From the NCBI GenBank assembly GCA_036785375.1, contig JAWMAR010000053.1:4340001-4404000 (forward strand): a stretch of 64,000 bases of DNA. The letters run 5' to 3'. Every line of letters begins with the position of its first letter. The stretch's first letter is position 1. Below, piece by piece: positions 48,799-63,300 of this stretch. The notes beneath the pieces are model-generated. The model was not told where the DNA came from. It saw nothing but the letters and a program-made list of their open reading frames with translations, and did not search any database. Source of the DNA: Leucoraja ocellata (Eukaryota). The position numbers and the translations under genes are program-made.

Positions 48799-51700
48799 AG
48801 TTATTTTTTGATGATGGGAGAGAACGTTTGGAAAACAGAGAAAACATGCGGGATGCATTTTCTGATGCTGAAGATTATTTAGATCAAGGTCTAGTTTCTG
48901 CTAAACGTTGTGCAAGTAGAACATCTTCTGTAGGTTCTTGGCCTGAGCATTTCAGGCCATCTTTTACAGAAAAGCTGAAATTCAAATCTGTAATGGAAGG
49001 AGAGCAAACTGCTTTTAAATGCAAAATGGTTGCCAGCCCAGCACCAAACGTTGCATGGTTTCATAACAACAGACCTATTCGTAAAGATTCAAGAAAGGTT
49101 ATTAAAACAGAAAGCACAATGCACATTCATAGCTCCAGTTTGGAAATCAATAATGTAGAAGAGAAGGATTCCGGGAGCTACAAGATATTTGCAATAAACT
49201 CCGAAGGATCAGCAGAATCAACTGCATCTTTACTTGTTGCACTTAAAGAGGAGCAAAATGAAAACTATCTAAATTTTGTGAAAAGGTCAGTGATGGCTCA
49301 CCAAAGCATTGACACTTTGGTTAAAAATCGGAACGCAAGACTTAAAGTTGATCTTAGGCATGTTGGGTCTCCTTTTGAGAAGAAATTTGAGTTTCAAGGA
49401 GATTTGCAAAATAAGTCAAATTCTAGAAGTAGACTGATGCGTACAATGTATATTGAAAGTACATTCACAGCAACTAAATATGATGATCCTGCTATTAATA
49501 GGTCTGCAGTTATATATTCACCTAGATTATGTGGGACAATTCTCAACAAAGATAGCTTGATCGATGAAGATATTAAGATTAAACTGCATCTTTTACGTGA
49601 AGCTAAAAGAAAAAAGAGATTTTCTCTTGCACTCTCTGAAGCTTCATTTGACCTAGATACATCAACTGAAAACAATCAAAAATACAGTCATGTTTATTTA
49701 GACAGAGAACGCAGCAGAAGTATGGGAGATCTTAACTGCATGAACCATGCAGATAGTAAATGTCGTTTTGTGTACGAGCAGACAGAGTCTCCAGGTGATT
49801 ACTTTCGGAAACGACCTCTTGAACGACAACAAGAGACGGAACAGATATTAGGGCTTCCTTCACTGGAAACCGAATTTAAAAATGTCCTTGAAGAAAATAT
49901 AATTGAAGAATCTTCTAGAACAGAAATCATAAAGCCATTAAATGAGCAAATATTGAAAGGTGATTCATCCCAAGAGACGGAAGAGTCGCATGAGGATCAA
50001 TATTGTTTGGAACCACAGGAATCTGGTAAACGTAGTTTTCAGAAAGAATTTTCAGACCAACTATTTGGAAAAATTATTAGTGTGCAGAGAGATTTCCAAT
50101 CAGATGTTTCTGGGGAGACGTTGGATTATTTCATACCTGGAACCAGAAAAACTAAAGCAGCCGGAGAAACTGAGGTAGTTAAACAGTTTGCAGATACAGT
50201 TGAGTGTACAGACATTTTATTGAAGGAAAAAGAGTTTCTAACACCAGTAAAGCAAACTCTGGTGGAGATAACAGAACCTCAAAATAAATACAAGTTCAAT
50301 AAAAATAATGCCATATTTTCTGATCAAAGTGTGCAAAACTCGCTTGCAAGGAAAACTAGAAGCAGTCATTCAATGTCTGACCACTTCAGAGCAACAGAAA
50401 AATATGAATCTAGTTTCACTGAAAAGGAAGACATAATGGGGGAGTGCGCACAAAAGTTGATCCCTTCTTTATTACCAGAAAAAAACATCTCAGTTCCTGC
50501 CAGCCCACCTTTGGATGCTAATGCAGTAGAAATAAACAAAACCTTGGGTAAATGTGAAGCAAAAAAAGACCGTGTTATTAGTTCTGACAATTTACCTAGA
50601 ATTATCTTTCAAAAACAGATGCCTGGATCTGATTGCAGAACTGTTTATCAAACCAAATTGGCATCCAAAGAAAATGAGGCGATAAGTGTAATTAACATAG
50701 ATGAAAAAGTGGTGCAATCTGAAGGCAAAATTAAAGATGATTCCCAAACAATATTACCCTCTACATTACCAGAGAAAAAAGAAATATCAAGTTTCACTAG
50801 TTCTTTAATTAAAAACACACAAGAAGATATAAAACATATTCCAAATAAAACTACAAAGGTAAGAAATGAAACATCTATAAGACACGCTGGCAAACAAAAT
50901 GATTTGCTAACCCAAAAAACAGAAGTTGTTCATGAAATACCTGATCATTCTTCATCAGAGATGATTGATGTGCTCAAAATCAATCAGAAAGAAAGGCAAT
51001 ATGAAAAAGAGATTATAGATTCTGTCCATGTCATGAGGCATTCACCTTTGAGTGCAAAGAAAAGAGAAGCATCAGCCTTTTTTAGCCCAGTGCTAAAACA
51101 ACTTCAAGTGGGAATAAAGAAACCTCTAAAGGAATCTGAGGTTCATGAAAAAGATGAACCAGCATCTGAAAGAAGCTATGGACATTTTATTTATGTGGAA
51201 TCGGACTATCCAGTAACAAAATCTGAAGATTGTCATGAAATCCAAATGGCTGTTCAATCCAAGTTAGCAGTAAAACAAATTCATGTGATTGGTGTTTCTG
51301 AAATCAGTCAACATGAACAGTGTGAAGGCAAGGTTAAAGATCCTATTTTAAGTTTGGCGCCTTCTGTATCAGAGAACAAAGATGCTTCCCCAACTGTCAG
51401 TTCATACCTAAAGGAAACTGTGGGTGAAATGAGAGAAACCCAACATATATCAGAGGTTAATGAAGGTACTAAGATACCTCCTGCCCAATTTGCTGGTGGT
51501 ATTGTTAGTACAATGAGGAACCTTGTTGCTGAAAAATCTGACAAGGTCCTTGAAGCATCTAATCTTTGCACATCTGTTGAGGTGATTAACATTTCTAATG
51601 TCAATCAGAACCAGAAAGAACCACAATATAAAAAACAGATTAATAGCACAATCCACCCATTTTCACCTGATAGAAATGACGCGCCAACCTCTTTAAGTAC

Positions 51701-52647
51701 ATCTGAACCTACGGAAGACCACAAGGCAGATTATATAGAACGATGTGGAATGTTGTTCCAAGCACAAAAGAAGGTTTTACCAGAGAAACCTGACAACAAT
51801 AACAACATGTACTTTCAGTCCTTAAAAACAGCAAAGGATGCTGAGGAGATTTATGAAGATGAAATCAGACAAAATGAATCACAATCTGAAGCAAAGGTTC
51901 CAAATTCCACATGGATGATGAAGGCTTCGCCTTTATCAGAGGAAAAAAAGACTTCAGTTTACAAAAAAGAGACTTCAGTTTCATCGGTGTTTAGAAGAGA
52001 TTCTCCTTGGAACCTTGAATTTAAGGAAGACCATATGAAAACTCTTGAAAGATTTGCCAGTACTCACAAAGAAGATTCAACAGAGAAACTAGAAAGTGAC
52101 CAAATAATATCCGATCAATCAGCATTCAGAGAGCCAACAGTGATTAATGCAACTAAAATTGATCAGAAACAACATGAAAGGGAAGTTGAATGCCTTTCTC
52201 CAACTATGACACATACCCAAACATCGCCCTTAAAAGAAAAAACACAGACTTTGGATTTATTCAGTTCATTAATAAAAGAGACTCCAGCAGAAGACCATCA
52301 TTATAAATATAAAGCTATGAACGAATCTTCAAAAGCTGGGACTCCTTCCATTAACCTAAACAAACATTGTCCTCCAGTATTTTTTCAGCATATTACGTCT
52401 CCTAAAATTAAACAAGGAGCTACCTGTGTCCTTGAATGTCAATTTCATGGACACCCACAACCTATGGTAACTTGGTACAAGGATGAACATCCAATTCCAC
52501 AGAACAGGGGTTATGATATTTACTCCACAGAAAATAAATCCTCATTGAGTATTAGCTGCATATGCCAAGAACATGGAGGAGTTTATGCATGTGTAATATT
52601 CAACCAACATGGTACTGCAGCAACATCCTGCGTCCTTACAGTACAAG
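48799..52647 (+). CDS. ttn: titin Novex-3 (exon 48 equivalent), part 1: Ig, long unique region, Ig
   Basis: ctacag|AG TTA TTT...CAA G|gtaaaa; RDAFSD...SWPEHFRPSFTEKL...AINSEGSAESTASLLV matches the Novex-3 start; 3849 nt open. Confidence 0.92.
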
Positions 52648-52748
52648 GTAAAATTCATCATACTTTAGTTTTATAATTATCTTTTTTTTTTAATGTTGTA
52701 AGAAGATAATTGAAAATCTGAACTCTTCTTTTTATTTTCATTTTCCAG

Positions 52749-55700
52749 ACCCTGGGCTGCTTGAAGAATCTTTGAAATCATTTAATATACATGTGACAGA
52801 AACACTGGAAGACGATCAAGACCACCAGGTTGAAAAGGAAGTTGAGTCTTACTTTCCACCAGTTCCTGTAATAAAATCCACCCTGCAAATACCGAGTATT
52901 GCAGCACCCAAACCACGTCCATTAAGTTTATCTACCCTTTCTTCTCCTGTTGAAATTAAAATAACTGCTCCAACTCCAACACCAGAGCACGATGAAGAAA
53001 GGAGAGAGTTATTTCAGATGGACGAGGTTGCTTCCATGGATTCATCTGATGAATCCTCTTCCCAATCAACAAAACATAAATTTAAATTTTCTTTTGATGT
53101 AATGTGTGAACCTCCACGTATTGTAAAAGAGTTAGATAAGATTTGTTGTACCGAAGGAGAAACAGTGATGTTTGAATGTCTCATTTCTGGTGAGCCCAAA
53201 CCTTTCGTTACATGGATTCAAAATGACAGAGCTTTACCTTATGATATGAGCAAGTACCAATTTGAAGGGAGTGGGGGAACGTTTAGATTATATATTAATG
53301 GTGTTTCAGAATCTGATGCAGGGAAGTATAAATGTATTGCAAAAAATAAAGTTGGGGAAGCACAGAGTACATCTAATCTCATAATAGAACCTGTAGTGCA
53401 CAGTTTCATTTACCATCTGAAGAATAATGAGTCTTCTGATGAAGAAACACAATCACCTGTTAGCTGTTTTCTAAATAAAATGGACCAGGGTGAAGATATT
53501 GAACAGGAATGTCAGAAAGGAAATACTTTTCTTCCATGTAGTGTAGAAACCCCCCCAATTCATGTTATTTCTGAAGGTGGTACTTTTGTTCCACCCACTG
53601 CAGCTGGATTTTCAAGCAAAGATTCATCTTTAAAGGAAGAGCATAGTGAAGTTGCTTTAGATTCATTGAGTTCTTTTGATAACGAATTTTTAAGTAACAG
53701 TTCACCTACAAGACAGAAAAATAATAAAATAATCACAGAATCACTGACTTCCTATGCTGATGAATTTCCACATGAATATATTGATACAATGACCAGAGAG
53801 ACAGGTGTGACAGGGCAAAAAATGCCAGAAAAAACAATAGAGGAAATGTATTCTATTAGCCAATATTTACGGTGTCTTGATAAAAAGCAGAAGCTATCTG
53901 AAGTTCAGAAGATGGATGAAGAAGCAGAATTAAATGATAGGTGTGTATTTTTAGGAGAAATACATGATGATAGTTTATTTTCAGAAGACAATACCAAGCA
54001 AGTAGTTGAAAGTAAGAAAGGAGAAACAGAAAAAAATAAGGCAGAGGTGGAGTTAAGTCAAAAAAACAATTGTGATGTAAGTGTAGATTCGGTAGAAACA
54101 AGTTCTAAGAAGGATGAGGCAAGTGAGGACGTTTCCATTACACAATACCTCCTTACTGCAAGGCAGGAGCAGGCACCAGTTCATGATTGGGAAAATAATG
54201 AGGCATTTCAGCATGATGAGTCTGGAATAACTTCAATGGAAGTTGAAGATGTAACATTTTCTGCTGTTTATGACTACTACAATCAAAATGAAGAGTGGAC
54301 ACGGTCCCTTTCCCCTGAATCTGAAATGTCATTTGAAATTAGTAGTACAGTTAGTGATGAAGTAGCAGAAAATGAAAGATTTTATACACCACCATTGGCT
54401 TCTGAAAATTTCAGATCTGTTGTATCTGCAGAGTCATTTCATACTCCACCTCAATCACCTGGCTATGTAACTCCTGAAGAAAGATTGCCTTCTCGTACTT
54501 TACTAGAGAGATTTTATACACCACCAGAATATTTTAGATCACCAGTAGATGAGGGTATTGAAACAACACCTATTGAATGTTCAAGTCTAACAGCTGAAGA
54601 GCAAAGATCAGAAGCATTTACAACTCCACCACAGGAAGCTGAAGCAAAAGGAAATGAAATGCCTCCTGCATTTATTAAACCCCTTGCTCGAAAAAAGATT
54701 CACGAAGGGGGTTCACTTACATTTATAACTGAAGTAATAGGTTGCCCAATTCCAGATGTTAAGTGGTATAGAAGAAAATCATTATTAGAGCCAAATCACA
54801 AAATAAGACTAGAAAGGGAAGGAAATTTGTGTATATTAGTGATTCATAGCGTGCAAAGAGAAGATGAAGGAGAGTATATCTGCAATGCTGTAAACATTGT
54901 AGGTGAAGCCAAAAGTATTGCTCAAGTGGATGTTTTAGCACAAGATGCAAGGTTCGTTGCATTGCCACCACTCGTGACTCATCAACACGTCATAGAGTTT
55001 GATGTGCAGCAAGAACAAACATCAAGATCTCCTTCGCCTCAAGAAATTCTTCTGGAAGTTGAACTTGATGAACATGATGTGAAGGAATTTGAAAAACTGA
55101 TCAAAATTATTACAATTCCTGAATTTTCTGCTGACAATAAAAACATGGTCATCTCACTAGATGTTCTTCCTATGATGGTTGCTGATGAGCAAACTATAGA
55201 CTTAACATCAAAACAAAATGAAGATGTGAAAATTGATTTAGAAATCACTGAAATGCCCCCAAGATTTATTTGCCATATTTCTGATCTTGAAATTCCAGAA
55301 AACACAGATGCAGTATTTGAATGCTCTGTGACAGGTATTCCTATTCCAGAAATAATGTGGTTCAAAGATGATTTACTTATAACAGTAGATGGCATTAAAT
55401 ACATTAGAAAAGATAATTCTAATCATAGTCTTAAAATAACTAATGTCTGTCCTTTTGACAATGGCATATACAGTTGCAAATCAGTGAATAGTGTTGGAGA
55501 AGCAACATGCAGGGGTTATCTTGCAGTAACAAACTCATACATGGCAACTAGAAAAGCTGTAGCTGCTTTATCACTGGGTGGTGCTCAAGAAAGTTCCCAG
55601 GAATTAGATGTTGTTGTTGGTGATTCTTTGCTGGATGACAATCAGAGTTCAGAATTTGAGGTTGAGTTTGAATTTGAACAATGTAGAGATGATTCCCAGA

Positions 55701-56152
55701 AATCAGTGAAACTTGTTGCTGCAACAGAAAAAGGCAGTGAGGAAGGAGGTGAGGAATGTGTGAATATCAACTTTGATGTATTTGCTGAACCTGCCAAAGA
55801 TGAAATTGTTCAGTTCAAAGCAGAGGCTTCTGAAACATGTTCATTTGAATTTCAAGTGACAGAGATTCCACCCAAGTTTGTGATTTCTCTTCTTGATTGC
55901 AACACAACTGTGGGGAGCGTAGCATATTTTCAATGCTGTGTGACTGGTACTCCAAAACCTACTGTAATTTGGTATCAGAATGAGAGAATACTTGAAGGTA
56001 CCAACTATAGCATTGGGGAGAAAGATTCTGGGCAACATTACTTGAACATTGTCAATGTTATGGAAAGTGATGCTGGAATCTACAAGTGTAAAGCTGTTAG
56101 CAAAGCTGGGAATGCAGTCACAGTTGCTGTTTTAAAAGTATTTTGTGCATAA
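52749..56152 (+). CDS. ttn: titin Novex-3 part 2: terminal exon with four Ig domains and stop codon
   Basis: ttccag|AC CCT GGG, in frame with ORF 52772-56152; SSPVEIKITAPTPTPE, KHKFKFSFDV, VTHQHVIEFD, SRSPSPQEILLEVELDE; ends AVLKVFCA-TAA. Confidence 0.92.
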
Positions 56153-57102
56153 AATCTTTCAGAGTGTCCTTTATACATTTAGAATTTAAATTTGATGCTT
56201 ATAGATATTTTTGATAAATAGCATGTTTAGGGATATGCTACTTTCAAGCATGAAAATTAAATTGATCTTAATGTTATGAATTATATTTGATATGGCTGAA
56301 AAAATGTAAAACAAACTTCTTGTTGTACTCTGGAGTGATGAATCGGTAGGAAAGCTTTTATTTGAAAGTTTGAAATAATAGCTGAAAAATACCTAGTGTA
56401 AAAATAGTGAATGTTTTGGATTAAGAACATGAAAATGTATGGCTATGCTTGAGGCTAGTTTATGGAAAAATATTGATAACTTGAGGGATTTTACTCGAAC
56501 AACTAATCCATTAATGATCAAACTCTTTAAACAGTGATAATGTTACATCTGGTGACAGAAGACCAGTTCTGTTGAATCACAAAACATTTTTACATAAACT
56601 GCAGCCAAGGCTTCATCTTATATGTACGATAATTTTTTGAAACCAATAAGGTATCAATGTATAACATTTTTATTAATCCAAATTCCTTATCATTTGGCCC
56701 ATGACATTGTTTCTCCTTGAAGTGTGTTGAGGAACTTAATATTGAGTTCCATTATTCCCATCTTAAAGAGGAGTAGATATTAATTTCAAGATATGTTTGC
56801 ATTCAACAGAACATCCCACAGCATCAGCAAGGGCTTTCCTAAAATATTTAATTTACGGGCTGTTTTCAATGGAAAGTTTAGTTAAAATATTGACATTATC
56901 ACTATTTCCATTATTTTCCACTATGTGAATATTTTTGTTAAAATTTAGAGTAACCGAAGGTGTGCATTAATGTATGAGAGTGTATTCTTACTTGAGGACT
57001 ATTATACCTTTTTGTGGAAAATGACTAACTTATGGACACTTAGCAGGAAAGTTTAAGAAAAAAAACATCGGGTGTTTTCTTAAGTTTTTAATTTAACAGT
57101 AC

Positions 57103-57108
57103 AATAAA
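57103..57108 (+). terminator. candidate Novex-3 polyadenylation signal
   Basis: First canonical AATAAA I find after the Novex-3 stop; a variant ATTAAA lies at 56256-56261. Confidence 0.35.
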
Positions 57109-57270
57109 TTGAAGTGTCCTATTTGATAAAATATTCACAAAAAAAGATGAAACAGTATAGCTTTATTGTTGTGAGTAAAATATGAAGCCATTCACCCAAA
57201 TTACTGAAAGTCAGTTCCATCTAGTTCATGGTTCTCTATTTCTTGTTTAAGACGTGGCGTATTTAAAAAT

Positions 57271-57680
57271 GTTTAGAAGAACGAGGGGGGACATCATTGA
57301 AATATACATAATAGTGAAAGGCTTGGATAGAGTGGATGTGGAGAGGATGTTTCCATTAGTTGGAGAGTCTAGGACTAGAGGCCATAGCCTCAGAATTAAA
57401 GGATGTTCTTTTAGGAAGGAGATGAGGAGACATTTCTTTAGTCAGAAGGTGGTGAATCGGTGGAATTCTTTGCCACAAAAGGCTGTGGAGGCCAAGTCAG
57501 TGGATACTTTAAAGACAGAGATAGATAGATTCTTGATTAATACAGGTGTCAGAGGTTGTGGGAAGAAGACAGGAGAATGCGGTTAAGAGGGGAGGAAAGA
57601 TCAGCCATGATTGAATGGCGGAGTTGACTTGATGGGCCGAATGGCCTAATTCTACTCCTATCACATGACTTTATGATCTT
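57271..57680 (+). mobile_element. CR1 3' end (followed by an older CR1 relic to about 57965)
   Basis: RGDIIEIY..VKGLDRVDVERMFPLVGESRTRGHSL...WNSLP plus the 3' UTR gggccgaatggcctaattct. Confidence 0.9.
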
Positions 57681-60392
57681 AAAATAGCAAGGCCAACTGA
57701 TGAGGTTGATGGCCACTATAGCTAGTCTAGGATGAGGGGCATAATCTTAAAATTGGAACCAGGTCTTTCAATAGTGAATATTGAAAGACATGCAGACATT
57801 AATAGAAGTTTGAAATCATTATCTAGAGTTGACAATTGCGCTTTGTCAGTTGTTGATTTTTCATGTAATATTGATTGTTTCTGTTATCAGAAGGTTTTAG
57901 TATCGCTGGAAGTTTGATCTCGTTGAATGGCTGATCAAACTGATTAATTCCACTTCCTAATTTCTATTTTGATTGATTTGAACATAGGTATGACGTGGAA
58001 AGTATTTCAATTTAAAAACTTAAAATTCAGATTATTTATGGATTGGACAATTATATATGACATTTTCTGCCACACATATTATGTTGGAAAATTGTCCTCA
58101 TAACTTTGTGGTATGTGAGCATGTTCTCTTTAAATACCATGTGATGGAGTAGAGAGGATAAACAAAAAAAATGGCGTAGAACAATCTAAAAAAGGTTACA
58201 GTTTTTGCAGGGAATCCTTGACTTAAAAATAAATATTTTAGTTGCCTATCAAGCGTATTTCCTGCGGCTTTTAAATTACATCTCTATAAGCCTGAATTCA
58301 CATTATAAATAATCTACTTTTAGCTATTATTTTCTCATCTCTTTTTAACCTTTCATCGTATTCATTATCAAAAATAGAAAGTAATCTATTTCCAGATCTG
58401 TACAGTTAGAAAGTACACAGTGCATTTCGCTATCCTTCACTTTCCTAGCCTACTCAGGAGAAAATGACTGCTATTTTAACTTGTCTTTCTGATATCTTTT
58501 GCTGTTAAGGAATCCTGGAAAAAAACACATTGTGTCATTCTGTGGTGCAGTTAATTTGAACACATTATGTCATACATTACGTTTAAAATTTGGTTAATTC
58601 AATGGTTTTGTTACTTTATTGTATTTGTTAGCTTCAGGCTAGTTTTTGGAGGTTAGCAACGCTTTGGGTTGTTCAGCATCAGAAATGTAAGGATGTAAAG
58701 TTTAAGAGTACTTTTGCTGCTGTATTTATGTGTTTTACAATATATGGTGTTGGAAAGAGTCCACTTGATGACATGATGGAGTTTACGGGGTCCTAGAGGG
58801 TTTAGTCAGGCAGTCAAATTTTACATTGGATTGGTCCAGAGATTGCAGCAATGGCATACTACAGATGATTTTAGGGTAATTTATGAGTAAAAACAGAAAT
58901 GCACTCTTTCATGAATTTGCAAACAATCAAATGGCATCTGTATATTTGTGAATCATATCTTTGCTTATCATTTTAATATTTATTTCCTAAATTGTTGATT
59001 TTAAAATGAAGCCAACTCGTCAAAACTGCTTAAATTGTTTGATATTTAAAAAGAACAAGTTTTAATGGTTTGAATTCTGTAGGTTTAATTTATTGAAATT
59101 ACAAAATAGAAAAAGATACTTTTCATGATATAAGCATGAATATATTAATACATACGTTTCTTTTGATCTCAGTATGACAACCTAGTTGTATGAAAGCATG
59201 CATTGTTTCCCTGTTTTGTCTGCCACACTTGACATGGTATAAAGCATGATGAGTATAAAAATTAAGGTTTGTATTTTAGTGAAAATAAACATTTAATGCT
59301 GCAATTATTCATTCCTTCTACGGGTTTCTGTTAAATATGTTTTTTATTTGCTGGTTATAGTAATGTGTACACAAACTTCTGGTCTGCTGTCATGTAAATA
59401 TACAGCTGGTTTGGTATATGAGATATATTTTCTTTTGATTATCCCATCTCTCCTAAGACAGCAAATTGTACTGGGTTGTGGTTCCAGGGTGGTAGCAGCT
59501 GCCTCTCATATTACTCAGCTATGTGTTCTGATGTTTATGTATTGGTACGCAATTTGAGGCCAACACGGTTGATGTAATCGCACTCTAAGCTAATACCCAC
59601 ATACTTCCTGTTTGGAGAGCAACCTAGAACATAGCTTGGAGCCACTGAATTTTTAACATTTCATTGCTGCTTCGTTAAGAGATGTTAAATCAGAGATTCA
59701 TCAATAGCATTTGGCTGTTTTGATGATAGTGAAAAGTATTGTATTAATCTTGCTGTTACCAAGGTAAAAGTAGGAATATATGATCTCTTGATTTCTCTTA
59801 ATGTGACCTAACAATCAAATTTGTATTTCAGTGATGGAATAAAGCTTATATTAGAAATTACTTCTATGTCGTTTGAAAATTTGTAGCATGCAGTACATTT
59901 TTGCATAATAATAACACGTTTTGGAGTGTGAGTGGATTTGCAGGTTGTCAGCCACTACGATCATATCTCAACCTACAGTTCCTCTTTCATTAACTTTGAT
60001 TAAGATATGGAAATATAGATTATGTATTAAATATTTTAATTCACAAATAAACTCAGAGGACACACATTTTGAATATGAATTTTAATAAATGGTATATTAA
60101 AGCAAATTTCACTTAAAACCTCTAGTGTGCTATTAAGATTGGCTTCAGGCAAAATAAACTTCCTAAATTGTCTGAGCAAATTCTTTTATACAATCACACA
60201 CTTATACACCTAGATTAATGATAAATATTTAAAGGAGACAAAATGTTATAGAAATGTAACATTTTGAAGGAGAAGGGGTTTGGCACAAAAATGACAAATT
60301 AATAATTCTGGTACTTTTTGTTTCATTCCAGTATTGAGCAATACATGCAGTCGACTTGCTTTCTAAATTTAACCATCTTATTTCTTATACAG

Positions 60393-63300
60393 AATTTTCT
60401 AGCGCTGTAATCATCGCTGCTGAAGATAAAAGGGAAGATTTCTACACAAGTGAACTTCATGTGTCTGACAAAACATTTGAACTCAGGCCTGAAACTCCAG
60501 TTTCATCAAACATTTTGGACATAAAAACTGATGCTGAGCCTTTAAAATCTGTGCCAGTATTCATGAAGCATATTTCTAGTATGGAGGTATTTGTGGAAGA
60601 TGTAGCTAAATTCTCTGTCACTATCAGTGGATTCCCAGAACCCACTATTCAGTGGTTTTATAATGGTAAAAAATTGATACCTTCATCAAATCATAAGTTT
60701 GTTTATGATAAGGCGGAATATAGTCTAATTATGGCTTACACCAAATTTACAGATGAGGGAGAATATACCTGTACAGCTAGTAATGTACTTGGAAAAACTT
60801 CATGTAGTGCATATCTGAAAATCAAACCAAAGGAAGGTATGGGAGGGTTTAGGAAATCAGCTGCAAAACCTCCAGTTGCAAAACTGCCAGAAAAAAAGAT
60901 AAACAAAGAGCCCCTATCGAAAGAAGCTGTGTTAGTACAACAAGCAGAATACAAATACGTATCCAAGGGTGAGGCACCACAGTTTTTCAAAGAATTTAAA
61001 TCTTTGCAGTGTCTAAAAGGGATGCTTGGTAAATTTGAGTATGTAGTGACAGGAGAACCAATGCCAGAGGTATTATGGTATAAGGGAAATAACCAGATTT
61101 TTCCAGGTGTGCAATATAACCTGAGTTACAACTCCAATGGTTCTGGTTCATTAACTATTCATAATATACAAAAGAAGGATAGTGGCTTGTATTCCTGCAA
61201 AGCATTTAACACATTTGGAGAAGCAACTTGCACTGCAGAATTAATTGTGGTGAGCGATACTTTTGTTGATGAGCATTCAACGCAAGAAATGGTTCAGAAG
61301 CTTTACGATAGGACCATTCGTGATCAAGCCGTTGAGTTGTGTTGTTTATTCACTGTAAAATCACCTGGTGATACTCAGGCTGAATTACAGGAGAGGGATC
61401 AATTGGCATATACAATAGCCTCTGAAGAAAAACAGTCTGTCCGCAGTGAACAGATGGCCATTTTGAACAAGGAAAAAATCGCTGCAACAGAAACGGCTAT
61501 TTCAGGAATGAAACAGACGATAATGCATTCTCAAGTGACACAGGAGAGTCTGGGCTTTATTGAGCAACACCATGAACCGATCAAAGGCCTGCCAGAATTC
61601 AAAGTACCAAGCACAGAAGTACAATCAAAAAACTGTATACCCACAGTTGAGGAAAAGACTGAAATTCCAAAGGAAGCTATCTTTAATATTAAAGGATTGT
61701 CTATTGCAACTTTTAAACCAGTGACAGCGGAAATAGGTATGCCAGAGAAAGAAGATGTAATTTTTAGCCCAAAATCTACAACTCTTCATGTAGAAATGCC
61801 AAAAACAGAGCCAAGGTACACTGTACACAGTTACAAAGTTGAAGAACTTCAAGAACCCCTTAAAGAATCTTTGTTTGTATTTGAGGTTCCCACATTGCAT
61901 CAAGGCAAAATCCAAAAAGAAAACAAAATGGCGGTTTGTACAACTGTATCAACGGAAAAGAAAAAAATAAGGGATGAAATTGCAGAAGAAATACGACCAT
62001 TAGATGCTGGAAAGGAATCAAAGTCATTAAAAGAATTACCAAAGCCATTCTTGGCATCTGTTACTGAAAGCCACAAGTCAACCCTAAAGGAGTCTATCTT
62101 GAAAGTACAAAAAGCTGGATCACAACAAGCTTTATTAATGAAAGATAAACTTGTGAAAACTGCTTTAAATACAGAAGAGAAACAACCACTTCAAAGTGAA
62201 TACACCAAAATACTAATTGGATTAGATTGTGCAATCTCAATGACATCAAACACGGAAGAAAAGGAATCTTTGCATTTACAGATTGTCAAGGAACAAGATA
62301 CTCTACCCAAAGAATTGTCTTTTACTTTTGAAGTACCCATAGAAGATAAAGCTGATCTGAGAAAGAGTCCAACTTCTCTACATTCATTAGTAGCAGAAGA
62401 GCAGCACCTGGTACCTTATGAATACACAACTCAGTTATCTGATGTAAAGAACAGCATAGAAATTAAACCAACAAAAGAACATGTATCCACTTTACATTCT
62501 CATCACATAAAAAGTATGTGTATTTTTCATAAAGAAGGTATGCTACCCCAAGTGAAACCAGCTGCTCATATCGCAGCAGGTAAATTTGAGACGGCATACA
62601 GCAATGCTGTGGTTGTGGAAGAAACCACAGAATTGTTGGACGAACAATCTAAATCCCTTGAAATGAAAATTGAAAGTTTACATTCTGAAGCCAAAACTCA
62701 TCCTCTTCCTCAAAAGTATCTCCCATCTGCGACTCAACCTGTACAAAAAATCAAAGAGACCATTTTTACAATTGAAGAGAAAGAACAGCATGCATTGATA
62801 ACTAAGTCTGATGACAGTATCAAACAGTTCAGCACAACAACAGACAGCATGTTAGTGGAAGATGGTTCTGTTGCTATTTTCAAAGGCATTAGTGTAGAAA
62901 CCTGTGGGGATAAGTATGAACCAAAATTACCTTCAGCTTCTGTGCAGGTTCAAGAAAAGACTGTGTCTATGAAAAGTACCAATATGCTCGAGGCTGCAGA
63001 AGAAGGTTTTGCAGTAAGAATCCAAGAAGAACAGGCAGTAAGATTTCCACTTCAAGAAAAACAGATTATTGAAAAGGAACATTCATCGGATATTAAAAGA
63101 TCAGAACAAGCAATGCTGAAGTTGAAGAAGCAGCCGGATCAAACACTACAATCCCATGTAATACAAGAAGGAGCACTCCATAAGGAATTGGCATTTAAGA
63201 TTACAATTCCCCAAACCATCACTTTAGGTATAGGTACACAGTTTATGGAAGCATTTAAAACTGCTTTAGCAAGTAAGCATCATGCAATTTCCTCCATTAC

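Noticed and set aside
58000-60390. Repeat-poor AT-rich stretch upstream of N2B as a possible regulatory region
   Set aside because: No feature can be supported without a cross-species alignment.
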